Below, piece by piece: positions 27,039 to 36,004 of a DNA stretch of 42,606 nt. Below the pieces are notes generated by a model. The model ran no database searches. It was not told the origin of the DNA and worked only from the letters and a program-made list of their open reading frames with translations. Made by a program: the position numbers and the translations under genes. Source of the DNA: a virus (lineage: Duplodnaviria > Caudoviricetes); IMG/VR virus record IMGVR_UViG_3300047403_000111, positions 1 to 42,606 of that record; one strand, given 5' to 3'. How positions within the stretch are numbered: position 1 is the first letter of the stretch; every line of letters begins with the position of its first letter.

Positions 27039-29521
27039 TGGCAGCCAAGGATTGCATCGAGGCCATCATCAAAGCGTCTGGGCGCCCGATGACGATGGAC
27101 GAAGCCACGGACATATTCGAGGCGCTGGAAGCCCGTATTCGCCGCGAGGTGCGCGGTGGCATGACGCGATCGGAAGCCGCTCGCAAAGCCGGCCAGGAAA
27201 TGTCCGAGGAAGCCCGGATTGCGGCCGCGATGGAAAAGCGCACGGCTGCCATCAATGCAGTGCGATGGGAAGAACTGAGCACGCGGCATGTGGAGGGCCG
27301 CGAAGCTGATGCTCTGTCCGCCTTGACATCAGGATTCACCGGCCGCTATGGCCGCGATGCTGCGTTTCGCAATGCAGGCTATTCCGTGAGCGCGATGGCG
27401 ACGGCGGCGCAGGAACGTGCCATGGGCGGTCTGGCGGCAGATTTGCTACAAGCTGATCTGTTGAAGGCCGTAAAAGGACGCAGCCGAGCCTTTGAGCGCG
27501 ATATCATCCGCGAAATGGAAAGGCTTGATTTGCCCGATGCGTCGCCACCTACGGGCAACTCCCATGCCGTAGAAGTCGCCAAGATATTTAACAAGCATCT
27601 GGAAATGGCTCGGCTGGCACAAAATGAAGCGGGCGCCTGGATTGGCAAGCTGGATGGATACATCGGACGGCAGACGCATGATGCTTACAAGGTGGCGGCA
27701 TCTGGGTTCGACAAGTGGCGGGCGTTCATCGAGCCACGGTTGCATGAGCGGGTGTTTGCGGAGTTTGAAACACCGTCGGATGTCACGAAGTTCTTGCACG
27801 ACACGTGGCGCAATCTAGGGTCCGGTATTCACGATGCGCCAAACGCGGATTGGGCCGGGTATCAGGGTGTTGGCAGTCTCGCCAAGCGTGTGAGCCAGCA
27901 TCGGAAGCTGCACTTCAAAAACGCTGATGCCTGGCTGGAATATAACGAGCAGTTCGGCAAGGGCAGCGTGTTCGATGCGGTGATTCATTCCGTGACCCAG
28001 GGACACGTTAACGCGGCTTCCATGCGGATGCTCGGGCCGAACCCGCAAGCGATGTTTAAGCGGCTGGCCGATGAATGGGCGGAAACCGCCAAACAGCGTG
28101 GTGATCTGGCGCAGGCGGATCGCATCCGGCGGGATTTTGCCAGCAACACGGCGATCCTGGACCTCGCCATGGATCGGCCTATCGTGATCAAAAATACGAC
28201 GGGCGCAATGGTCATGCAGCTTCTGCGCAACGTCATGTCGTTTAAGTTGGGCGGTATGCTGATTTCCAGCTTCAACGATCTTTCCACGACAATGGCTAAT
28301 GCGCGGCATAGTGGGCAAAGTGCGTTCACGGGACTGTCAACCGCTATCCGTGGATTGATCCCAGGCGATACCCCGGAGGGGCGGGCGTTCGCGCATGAAG
28401 TTGGCTTCATGGTGGATGGGTTGCGGATGTCGCTGCGTAATCGATTTAATGCCATGGATGGTCCGGCGGGCAAGATGGCCGGAGCGGTCAATGTGTTCTA
28501 TCGATTGACCGGGCAAGGATACTGGACCGAGCATATCAAGTACGCGCGAGGGTTCTCTCTGATGCTGAGCGCCGGACATAATTCCGGCAAGGCGTTCGGC
28601 GACCTCGACCGGCTGCTGCAAACCACACTCCGTCGATATGGCATCGAAGCGGCGGAATGGGACGCAATCCGGCAAGCCTCGCAACGTGTTGTGGATAACA
28701 AGTCTGTCCTGGCGCCGGCAGATATCTTGCAGCTTTCGGATGAAGCTGTGGCGCCGCTAGCGATAGGCGTTCGCACCGCTGATGCCGTGCGCCGTGATCT
28801 GCATGATCGCTATTCCACATATATCATTGACCAGACCCGCGAGGCGTTGAGCGAACCAGATGCGCGGACACGTCATATCATGACGGGCGGGAGCTTGCCT
28901 GCTGGGTCATTTTGGGGGGAAACAGCGAGGGCAATATCACAATTCAAATCCTTCACCATCACCAATATGTTTCGCAACCTGTTCCGCGAGTTGTTCCGCG
29001 AGGGCGTGAATGTGCCGGGCGTGGCGGTGATGGTGGTGGGTGGCGCAATTCTTGGGCATATTTCCAACACGGTGGGCGACATTCTTGCCGGAAAAAATCC
29101 GCGCCCAGTCGAGGACGCGGGCGATATGTCCGCGCAGGTATTTCGTGCATTGGCGCGCGGCGGTGGTTTGGGGATTTATGGTGATTTTCTCTTCGGCGAG
29201 TTCAACAAATACGGCAGAACGGCTATGGAAACTGTCGCCGGCCCATTGATTAGCACTGGCGCCGAGGCGATTGCATTACTTAGCACTCTCCGCGAGGGCG
29301 AAGGCCAGCGCGCAGCAGCGGAAAGCGTCCGACTGATGAAACAACTCCCGCCGTTGTCGTTCTTCAATCTGTTCTACACCCGCATGGCGATGGATTACCT
29401 GATCTTTCACCGACTGCAAGAGTTCGTCAACCCCGGCTATTTGCGCCGGTTTGAGCGTAAAATGGAACGCGACACCGGCCAGACATATTGGCTGCCACCG
29501 TCCGCCGCTGTCGCGCCGTAA
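27038..29521 (+). CDS. Large ejection protein (T7 gp16 C-terminal-like), 827 aa
   Basis: DCIEAI start, R.LHFK..D.W.EY...FG, QFKSF, GGGLGIYGDFL; TAATG coupling. Confidence 0.8.
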   Translation: MAAKDCIEAIIKASGRPMTMDEATDIFEALEARIRREVRGGMTRSEAARKAGQEMSEEARIAAAMEKRTAAINAVRWEELSTRHVEGREADALSALTSGFTGRYGRDAAFRNAGYSVSAMATAAQERAMGGLAADLLQADLLKAVKGRSRAFERDIIREMERLDLPDASPPTGNSHAVEVAKIFNKHLEMARLAQNEAGAWIGKLDGYIGRQTHDAYKVAASGFDKWRAFIEPRLHERVFAEFETPSDVTKFLHDTWRNLGSGIHDAPNADWAGYQGVGSLAKRVSQHRKLHFKNADAWLEYNEQFGKGSVFDAVIHSVTQGHVNAASMRMLGPNPQAMFKRLADEWAETAKQRGDLAQADRIRRDFASNTAILDLAMDRPIVIKNTTGAMVMQLLRNVMSFKLGGMLISSFNDLSTTMANARHSGQSAFTGLSTAIRGLIPGDTPEGRAFAHEVGFMVDGLRMSLRNRFNAMDGPAGKMAGAVNVFYRLTGQGYWTEHIKYARGFSLMLSAGHNSGKAFGDLDRLLQTTLRRYGIEAAEWDAIRQASQRVVDNKSVLAPADILQLSDEAVAPLAIGVRTADAVRRDLHDRYSTYIIDQTREALSEPDARTRHIMTGGSLPAGSFWGETARAISQFKSFTITNMFRNLFRELFREGVNVPGVAVMVVGGAILGHISNTVGDILAGKNPRPVEDAGDMSAQVFRALARGGGLGIYGDFLFGEFNKYGRTAMETVAGPLISTGAEAIALLSTLREGEGQRAAAESVRLMKQLPPLSFFNLFYTRMAMDYLIFHRLQEFVNPGYLRRFERKMERDTGQTYWLPPSAAVAP

Positions 29522-29542
29522 TGGCCCGATCTATCCACTACC

Positions 29543-29568
29543 AAGCCGCCCTTCGGGGCGGCTTTTTT
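29543..29568 (+). terminator. Rho-independent terminator
   Basis: AAGCCGCCC-TTCG-GGGCGGCTT-TTTT. Confidence 0.9.
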
Positions 29569-29583
29569 CGTTGGAGCAACTGA

Positions 29584-31077
29584 ATGTCTGGAACGAAGAT
29601 TGACCGACTGAACGGCGTAACCGATGGGCTGGCGATCAAAGCCCCGTGCCGCGTGGCCACGACTGCCAATATCACATTGTCGGGTCTACAGACTATTGAT
29701 GGTGTAGCACTGGCGGCCAACGATCGTGTGCTTGTGAAAGACCAGACCACAACATCGGAAAACGGAATATACGCGGCATCAACCGGCCCGTGGACGCGAT
29801 CAACAGATTTCGACGGCGGCGGCGATATTGTCGAGGGAACGTTAGTTTTCATTACGTCTGGAACTTCCGCATCTGAGACTTTGTGGAGGGTGTCGACACC
29901 CAGTCCGGCAGTCGGTAGCGCTTTGGCCTTTTCCAATTCCTCTTTAACTACCATTTTCCTTCAGGACGGAACCGGCGCGACATCCCGAACTGTTCACAGT
30001 AAGCTTAAGGATTCCGTCTCTATTTCTGATTTTGGAGCGGTCGGAGATGGCACTACAAACGACACAACCGCTATTCAAAATGCCATCGCCTATGGACAGA
30101 GCAGTGGCAATGAGGTGTTTTTCCCGCCGGGAACGTATCTAGTCACGTCGCAGATTACGGTGCATCGACAGTCCGTCCGTGGCGCCCGTGCGACATTGAA
30201 GTTTTCCGGGCTCGGCGCCTCAACGGATTGTTTGGTGTTGCAAGGGTCATCGCGCAGTGAGCAACTCGTGTGGTCCGGAATAAACGTAGACGCCAACAGC
30301 ACAGGGCGTGATGCCATTGTGCTGTCTGGCGGGACTGTTTCTTCGACCTCGGCGGATTACCTCCGCTTGCAAGATGTGCATATTACCGGCGCCGTGCGAG
30401 ACGGAATACATATTGAGCCGGCGACAAATAACTGCTGGATCGAGGATTTTATCGCACGGGATGTTCGGATCACATCACCAGGAAGAAACGGGATTTTTGT
30501 TAAAATCCCCAACTACACGGCGGCGTTTTTGAATCAAAGCGCGTTTCATAATGTAGAAATCCGTGGCGCAGCCCTGACCACGGCAGGGTATGACGTATAC
30601 ATGGAATACGCCGGGAGCGCATCGGATCAAAAAATCAGCGAGCTCTTGTTCCAGGACTGCGAGTTTGACGCTGACGGTGGAACAAACCACGGGCAGGCGT
30701 CGTTCTATTTGGTCAAAACCGGAAGCGCCGGAAGTATCGATGGTCTGACGTTTATTTCCTGCACGTTCGAGGATGTCAGCGGGACGATTATCACGGGCTT
30801 CCCCCCGTGTCTGGTCGTCGCAGCGGGGACGACCGTTGGGTCCGTTACCCAAGTCGGCGGCATTATCGTTGGGTATGGGTATCTTGTGGATTACGATACC
30901 TTTGCGTCGCAAGTGTTTTCTCGATCACAGGGTGGGGACAGGGATTTGCATAGCATTTCTCTATCGGCAATCGGGTTTGCCGCAAGCTATGCGAATGACG
31001 CAGCGGCGGCGGCGGCGGGCGTTCCGATTGGTGGGCTGTATAGAAACGGCTCCGCTGTCAGTATCCGAGTAACATAA
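29584..31077 (+). CDS. Tailspike with pectate-lyase-like beta-helix (putative depolymerase)
   Basis: N-terminal anchor KAPCRVATTANITLSGLQTIDG; VSISDFGAVGDGTTNDTTAIQNAI..VFFPPGTY. Confidence 0.85.
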   Translation: MSGTKIDRLNGVTDGLAIKAPCRVATTANITLSGLQTIDGVALAANDRVLVKDQTTTSENGIYAASTGPWTRSTDFDGGGDIVEGTLVFITSGTSASETLWRVSTPSPAVGSALAFSNSSLTTIFLQDGTGATSRTVHSKLKDSVSISDFGAVGDGTTNDTTAIQNAIAYGQSSGNEVFFPPGTYLVTSQITVHRQSVRGARATLKFSGLGASTDCLVLQGSSRSEQLVWSGINVDANSTGRDAIVLSGGTVSSTSADYLRLQDVHITGAVRDGIHIEPATNNCWIEDFIARDVRITSPGRNGIFVKIPNYTAAFLNQSAFHNVEIRGAALTTAGYDVYMEYAGSASDQKISELLFQDCEFDADGGTNHGQASFYLVKTGSAGSIDGLTFISCTFEDVSGTIITGFPPCLVVAAGTTVGSVTQVGGIIVGYGYLVDYDTFASQVFSRSQGGDRDLHSISLSAIGFAASYANDAAAAAAGVPIGGLYRNGSAVSIRVT

Positions 31078-31098
31078 CGGCGTCTTCGGAGATTATAA

Positions 31099-32367
31099 AT
31101 GTCGGGCACAATTTTTGATCGTCTCCAAGGCGTGGCTTCTGGTATAGCCGTCAAAGCGCCATGTCGGGTGGCGACCACGGCAAACATAACACTATCAGGA
31201 TTGCAGACAATTGATGGCGTGACATTAGTAGAGGACGATCGGGTATTAGTAAAAGACCAGACCGACACCACCCAAAATGGTGTTTATAAAGCATCATCTG
31301 GGGCATGGACTCGGGCAACGGACTTCGATGGCACGACAGATATAGTGCAAGGAACCCAAGTATATGTAAACTTGGGCACTGTCGGAACCAATTCAACGTG
31401 GCGCGTTACGACGACATCTCCAGTTCCTGGTTCAGCGCTGGCGTTTTCGCGGCTTACGCCGGATTTGACTGGAACAGCGGTTACGACCAGCGGACTGACG
31501 CAAGCCACGTCCCGCATGTTGGGCCGCACCACAGCGGGCACCGGAGCTATTCAGGAAATCACAGTCGGCGCCGGGCTGACGTTTTCTTCCGGTTCGTTGT
31601 CGGCCAATGCCACGGGCGCGATTACGGGCAGCGGGCTGACGCAGGCAACGGCAAAGATGCTCGGCCGGTCTACCGCTGGAACCGGCGCCATCGAGGAAAT
31701 TACCGTTGGCTCCGGATTGTCTCTCTCCGCCGGAACGCTGACCGCAACGGGCAGTCCAAGCGGTTCGATCACCACCAGCGGCTACACGCAAACTACGGCG
31801 CGCCTGCTCGGGCGCACGACTGCGGCGACTGGCGCTATTGAGGAAATCACGGTCGGCGCCGGGCTGACGTTTTCCGGTGGCAGCCTGTCCTCGTCTGCGT
31901 CGTCCAGCGGCATCACCACCATCGCCAGCGGATCGCTTTCCGGCTCGGCGGTCACGATCACGAGCATCCCGGCGACGTATGCGTATTTGGTGTTGCAGAT
32001 TACGGGGGCGAGCTCAACAAACTCTGGCGCAATCCGAGTTCGTGTCAGCACGGATAATGGGTCATCTTATGACTCGACATCCGGAAATTATATCGACAAC
32101 TCAACCGGCGCAACGCTTTTGAATGATGGCTCATTGAACTTGGGCTCTGGTGACTCGATAACCTCGACAACCCGTTTGTCAGGGTATCAAAGTGGTCCTC
32201 ATACGGAATACAGAACCCGACTTTATTCTACTGACACCGTGAATTATCCAGAAGCCATGATTCATGGCACCTACATCGGCTCCACATCCGCCATCGACGC
32301 CCTGCAAATCTCCTGCTCCGCCGGCACGTTTGACGCCGGCACCTACGCTCTCTACGGCATCGCGTAA
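31099..32367 (+). CDS. Second tail fibre with paralogous anchor domain
   Basis: Same 117-aa N-terminal domain; three SG.TQ.T..LGR.TA.TGAI.EITVG.GL repeats; C-terminal GT..LYGI tip. Confidence 0.85.
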   Translation: MSGTIFDRLQGVASGIAVKAPCRVATTANITLSGLQTIDGVTLVEDDRVLVKDQTDTTQNGVYKASSGAWTRATDFDGTTDIVQGTQVYVNLGTVGTNSTWRVTTTSPVPGSALAFSRLTPDLTGTAVTTSGLTQATSRMLGRTTAGTGAIQEITVGAGLTFSSGSLSANATGAITGSGLTQATAKMLGRSTAGTGAIEEITVGSGLSLSAGTLTATGSPSGSITTSGYTQTTARLLGRTTAATGAIEEITVGAGLTFSGGSLSSSASSSGITTIASGSLSGSAVTITSIPATYAYLVLQITGASSTNSGAIRVRVSTDNGSSYDSTSGNYIDNSTGATLLNDGSLNLGSGDSITSTTRLSGYQSGPHTEYRTRLYSTDTVNYPEAMIHGTYIGSTSAIDALQISCSAGTFDAGTYALYGIA

Positions 32368-32393
32368 CAAATCACCAACCAAAGGAATCTACC

Positions 32394-32540
32394 ATGAAAC
32401 TCTACACTCTCTTGGTTCTCCTGTTCCTCGCCGCGTGTGGGCAAACCAATCCCGCGCCGCCGGACCGCTGCTGCGATTTCACGGACAATGCCTCCGTGGG
32501 CGCGGCAGAAGCGACCGATAGCACTGACGCGCCGAAATAA
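32394..32540 (+). CDS. Small lipoprotein, 48 aa (not in the ORF track)
   Basis: AAAGGA RBS; MKLYTLLVLLFLAA|CGQTNPAPPDRCCDF.. Confidence 0.75.
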   Translation: MKLYTLLVLLFLAACGQTNPAPPDRCCDFTDNASVGAAEATDSTDAPK

Positions 32541-32564
32541 CGACAGATTGACCGGGGATTAACG

Positions 32565-32852
32565 ATGGCGGCGCAGGATTCTGTTACCAAAATGGCGAAC
32601 ACAACCCGTCACGAGGACGATGAGGAGTTGCGCGTCATCTTTGAGCAAATCCGCGTCGCTCAATCAGCGGCGGCAGACGCGCACAAGCAAGCGGTTTGTG
32701 CGCTGCAAAAGCAGGCGTTGCACGAGGAAAAGTGCGACGGGCGCCAACAGGTGATACAGTTCCAGCTTCGGCTTATCACGTGGCTTTTGACGGCGGTTGC
32801 GTCGGCTCTCGGAACTGTTGGCATGACGCTGATCGTCCGGGCAATCAAATGA
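32565..32852 (+). CDS. Holin/antiholin-like protein (coil plus C-terminal TM)
   Basis: HEEKC..R followed by one hydrophobic helix; in the lysis region. Confidence 0.55.
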   Translation: MAAQDSVTKMANTTRHEDDEELRVIFEQIRVAQSAAADAHKQAVCALQKQALHEEKCDGRQQVIQFQLRLITWLLTAVASALGTVGMTLIVRAIK

Positions 32853-33016
32853 CCCGCGCGGCGCTTCTTCTGTCCCTGCTGACAGGATGCGCCGATCTGC
32901 ATTTCACGCTACCGTCTGGCGCGGCGCGTGAGCTATACCATGGCTGCGCCTACAAGGCCCCCGTCGATGCCTGTGCCGTGAAAGGCCCGATATTCCGCTA
33001 CCGTTGGAGGTTCTGA
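32849..33016 (+). CDS. Small lipoprotein, 55 aa
   Basis: MTRAALLLSLLTG|CADL..; ATGA coupling; ends FRYRWRF. Confidence 0.65.
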   Translation: MTRAALLLSLLTGCADLHFTLPSGAARELYHGCAYKAPVDACAVKGPIFRYRWRF

Positions 33017-33017
33017 T

Positions 33018-33203
33018 ATGAAAGGCTGGCGCACCGTCGCATGGAACGTCCTCGCGCTGCTGGCGTTCGCGGCGATCTTCCAGGACTGGATTATACCAGC
33101 CGAATACCGCGCCGACGCCATGGCTCTGCATGCGATGATCTTCGGCGCGGGGAATATCGGCCTGCGGGCCGTTACCACAACGCCGCTTGGCAAGAAGGAA
33201 TAG
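33018..33203 (+). CDS. Putative holin, 2 TM
   Basis: GGAGG RBS; MKGWRT..N.GLR.VTTTPLGKK pattern. Confidence 0.65.
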   Translation: MKGWRTVAWNVLALLAFAAIFQDWIIPAEYRADAMALHAMIFGAGNIGLRAVTTTPLGKKE

Positions 33204-33207
33204 ATCC

Positions 33208-33645
33208 ATGAAACATCCCGTCCTCCTCCTGCTCGCCGCTCTCGTCCTGCCCATCGCCGCCTGCGCTCCCCGCGTGGACGGCGCGCCCACGACTGAGCGC
33301 CGGCAGGTGGATATCCGCCGCGTCCAGGCCGCCGCGCAGATGGTCGCCACCACGCTGGCAACTGCCGGCGAAGCCGCGCTCACGATGTCGCGATGGTCCG
33401 AGGCGGAGAAGGCCGACATCCGCAAGGCTTTGGACGCTCTCACGATCGCCAACGAGGAAATCCAGAAGGCGGACGGCAATATCGACCTGCGCGGCGTGGC
33501 TGACAGCATGCTGACCGTTGCGGCCCGCCTGGTGCCGATGCTCGGCCTATCGGACGATGCCCGCATCCTGGCCACCACATCCATCGGCATCATGCGCGGC
33601 CTGCTGATCGCTATCCCCCGCCGTGACATCGCGCCAGCGGCATGA
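33208..33645 (+). CDS. Helical lipoprotein, 145 aa
   Basis: AAGGA RBS; MKHPVLLLLAALVLPIAA|C; hydrophobic C-terminal stretch. Confidence 0.7.
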   Translation: MKHPVLLLLAALVLPIAACAPRVDGAPTTERRQVDIRRVQAAAQMVATTLATAGEAALTMSRWSEAEKADIRKALDALTIANEEIQKADGNIDLRGVADSMLTVAARLVPMLGLSDDARILATTSIGIMRGLLIAIPRRDIAPAA

Positions 33646-34025
33646 AAACGCTGCTCCTCCGCATTGTGCTGGCGGTGCTGGGCCTGCTGAAACGCCGCGC
33701 CGAGGCGAAAGCCGCTCAGACTGCCGTGGAAGCCCACCGCGTCGAGGCGGTGCGGAAGGACGCGGCAATCCGTGAGACAGTGGCGGACATGGGCGACGGC
33801 GCGGCCAGGAAGGAACTCAGCCGGGACTGGAACCGCCTTGGCGTGTTGCTGTTCCTGGGACTATCTCTTTCCGCTTGCGCCACGCCGGCCCCCGTCATCG
33901 TAGACACGTCCTGCGATTGGGTCCGCCCGATCCTGGTGTCGGACGCGGACCAGATCACCGACGCAACGGCGCGGGACATTCTTGCGCACAACAAGTCATG
34001 GGCGCTACGGTGTCGGCGAAAATAG
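33642..34025 (+). CDS. Spanin: i-spanin-like segment fused in frame to an o-spanin lipoprotein
   Basis: N-terminal TM and coil ending ARKELSRDW, then LGVLLFLGLSLSA|C79 and VIVDTSCDWVRPI..ILAHN..W..C. Confidence 0.7.
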   Translation: MKTLLLRIVLAVLGLLKRRAEAKAAQTAVEAHRVEAVRKDAAIRETVADMGDGAARKELSRDWNRLGVLLFLGLSLSACATPAPVIVDTSCDWVRPILVSDADQITDATARDILAHNKSWALRCRRK

Positions 34026-34588
34026 GCGGGACCTGGTGCACGCCGCGCGCCACGCGGGAGAGGATATTCGAGTTGTTCAAGTCCGGCGCGACGGCGAGGC
34101 AGATTGCGGCCCGGCTGGAATTGCCGTGGTGCGAGGTGGTGCGGTCCATCCGCTCGGACCCGCGCTATCTGGCATACCGGCGGCTGCTACAGGACGGCAA
34201 CCCGCACGCGGCGGCCCATCGGTGGCGCAAGCGGGAGTGGCGCGCGCGGGCGCGGGCCGCGCTGGGGGCGTTGTGCGTGGCCCTGGTGGCGTTTCCCGCG
34301 CCGGCTGCTCCGCCATCGGGGGCAGACCCGAACAGCCCTACGGCGCGCTGGTATCGTAGCTTGCGCCAGCCAGGGACGGGCCTGGGATGCTGTGACCAGT
34401 CAGATTGCAGACAGACCCAGGCCCGCGAGATTGGCGGCGCGTGGGAGGCGCAAACTCCAGAAGGCGAATGGGTTCCGGTCCCGGCCAACCGCGTCATCAC
34501 CGATCAGACGCACCCCGCTGGTTCGGCTGTTCTGTGCTATATCGCTGGTCGAGTGTTGTGTTTTGTGCCGCCAGCGGCAGGGGGATGA
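33998..34588 (+). CDS. HTH domain + internal signal peptide + Cys-rich exported domain
   Basis: IFELFKSGATARQIAARLEL; RARAALGALCVALVAFPAPA; GCCDQSDC..AVLC..VLCFVPP. Start uncertain (33998 or 34010). Confidence 0.6.
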   Translation: MGATVSAKIGGTWCTPRATRERIFELFKSGATARQIAARLELPWCEVVRSIRSDPRYLAYRRLLQDGNPHAAAHRWRKREWRARARAALGALCVALVAFPAPAAPPSGADPNSPTARWYRSLRQPGTGLGCCDQSDCRQTQAREIGGAWEAQTPEGEWVPVPANRVITDQTHPAGSAVLCYIAGRVLCFVPPAAGG

Positions 34589-35016
34589 TGATGGAACTGG
34601 TATTGACCCGCGAACCCTCCGCCCACGGCGCGACATTTGGCGCCCTGACGGTCGATGGCGTGTTCGAGTGCTGGACGCTGGAAGACGAGACGCGCCCGCC
34701 TGGCGAAAAAATCCCAGGCCGCACGGCGATCCCGGCGGGGCGGTATCAGATCCGCCTGACGCACTCGCCACGGTTCCAGCGCGTCCTACCGCTCCTGCTG
34801 GAAGTGCCGAACTTCGAGGGCGTGCGCATCCATATCGGGAACACCACCAAGGACACGGAAGGCTGCATCCTGGTTGGCAACAAGCGCAGCAACCCGGACA
34901 GTGACCAGCCGGTGGTGTATCTATCGGCCCAGGCGTTCCATGAGTTGATGGAGCGTCTTTCGGCGGCGCATCGGGTGGACGAGGAGATTTGGATTACGGT
35001 TCAGGATGCCGAGTAA
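34585..35016 (+). CDS. DUF5675-family putative endolysin
   Basis: T.G.L, CWTLED, TAIPAGRY, SPRF, VPNFEGVRIH.GN..DTEGCILVG. Confidence 0.8.
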   Translation: MMMELVLTREPSAHGATFGALTVDGVFECWTLEDETRPPGEKIPGRTAIPAGRYQIRLTHSPRFQRVLPLLLEVPNFEGVRIHIGNTTKDTEGCILVGNKRSNPDSDQPVVYLSAQAFHELMERLSAAHRVDEEIWITVQDAE

Positions 35017-35067
35017 TCCGCTAGCGCCGCGTAGGCGGATCAACCTGAAATGCGCGGCATGGCCCCG

Positions 35068-36003
35068 TCATCCCTCACCGGCTGGCGGGGCTTTTTGCTG
35101 TTCTGGCTCAGCAGCAGCCCCGCCGTCATCGGCAGCCACCGCAAACCGCGCATAAGCCGCCCCCAGCATCTCGTTCAACTGAAGCTTGATCTCGAGTGGC
35201 GCATCGCGGAGAGCCTTGGCTACCAGCGGATCGTCGGCCACGTTCGCCACATCGTCGGTGCTGAAACATGCGGCCAGCTTGTCGCGGACAATCTCACGCA
35301 CAGTGCGCTTCGGCGGCGCGGTGTTGACGGGTTCGGGTGGGGATGCCGGGCGAACAACATCCCCACCCTGCGCGGCGTGGTCATCGGTCGGGGTGGGCAG
35401 ATGCCCCGCTTTCCCCACGCTCGCGGTCTCGGCTTTGGCGCAAAACGGCTCCGGCGTTACTGTAATCGTCGTGCCCTTGAAATTGTCCGCCGGAATGTCC
35501 TGTGCTTCCTCGGCGCTGATAAGCCCGCGCAGCGCGTCGGGAAAAGCATCACGCAATGCAAAGCCGCGCGCCCGCATCTGCATCATCCGCTTTGGATATT
35601 GCTGCCACGGGCCGGCCTTCCCCAGCAAACCCGCGCGCTTGGCGTCTTCCGCCGTGAATGTCACCGTGACCGGATGATCGCCTTTCCGGTGGACTTCGCA
35701 CACGGCGCGCATCTTGTCGCCCTCGCCGTCGCACGTTTCCTTGATGCCCCCCCATGCCGGATGCATCTTGCAAAGCGCCAACATGGCATCGCCCCAAAGG
35801 CTGGGACGGCCATTCACAACCGCAATATTCTGTAGCGCCTGCATCGGCGCGAGGCCGACTTCGCTGCCCATCTGCACTGCAAGCATCACGTCCTCGACCT
35901 TGCCGCGATAGGCAGCCGGCACCATGGACGATTTCGCGGCCATCTGGGCAAAAATCGAGAGTTGCTCAAAGTTCTGTGGGCGTAGGACGATATCGTTTGC
36001 CAT
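35068..36003 (-). CDS. RecT/Redbeta-like single-strand annealing protein
   Basis: G.EVGL.PMQALQNI.VVNGRP..W, A..AGL..K.GPW..YP.RM...RA..FA.RD.FPD.L.G. Confidence 0.85.
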   Translation of the reverse strand: MANDIVLRPQNFEQLSIFAQMAAKSSMVPAAYRGKVEDVMLAVQMGSEVGLAPMQALQNIAVVNGRPSLWGDAMLALCKMHPAWGGIKETCDGEGDKMRAVCEVHRKGDHPVTVTFTAEDAKRAGLLGKAGPWQQYPKRMMQMRARGFALRDAFPDALRGLISAEEAQDIPADNFKGTTITVTPEPFCAKAETASVGKAGHLPTPTDDHAAQGGDVVRPASPPEPVNTAPPKRTVREIVRDKLAACFSTDDVANVADDPLVAKALRDAPLEIKLQLNEMLGAAYARFAVAADDGGAAAEPEQQKAPPAGEG

Positions 36004-36004
36004 G

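Noticed and set aside
29584-32560. BPP-1-style diversity-generating retroelement at the fibre genes
   Set aside because: No reverse transcriptase ORF and no template/variable repeat pair differing at adenines was seen.
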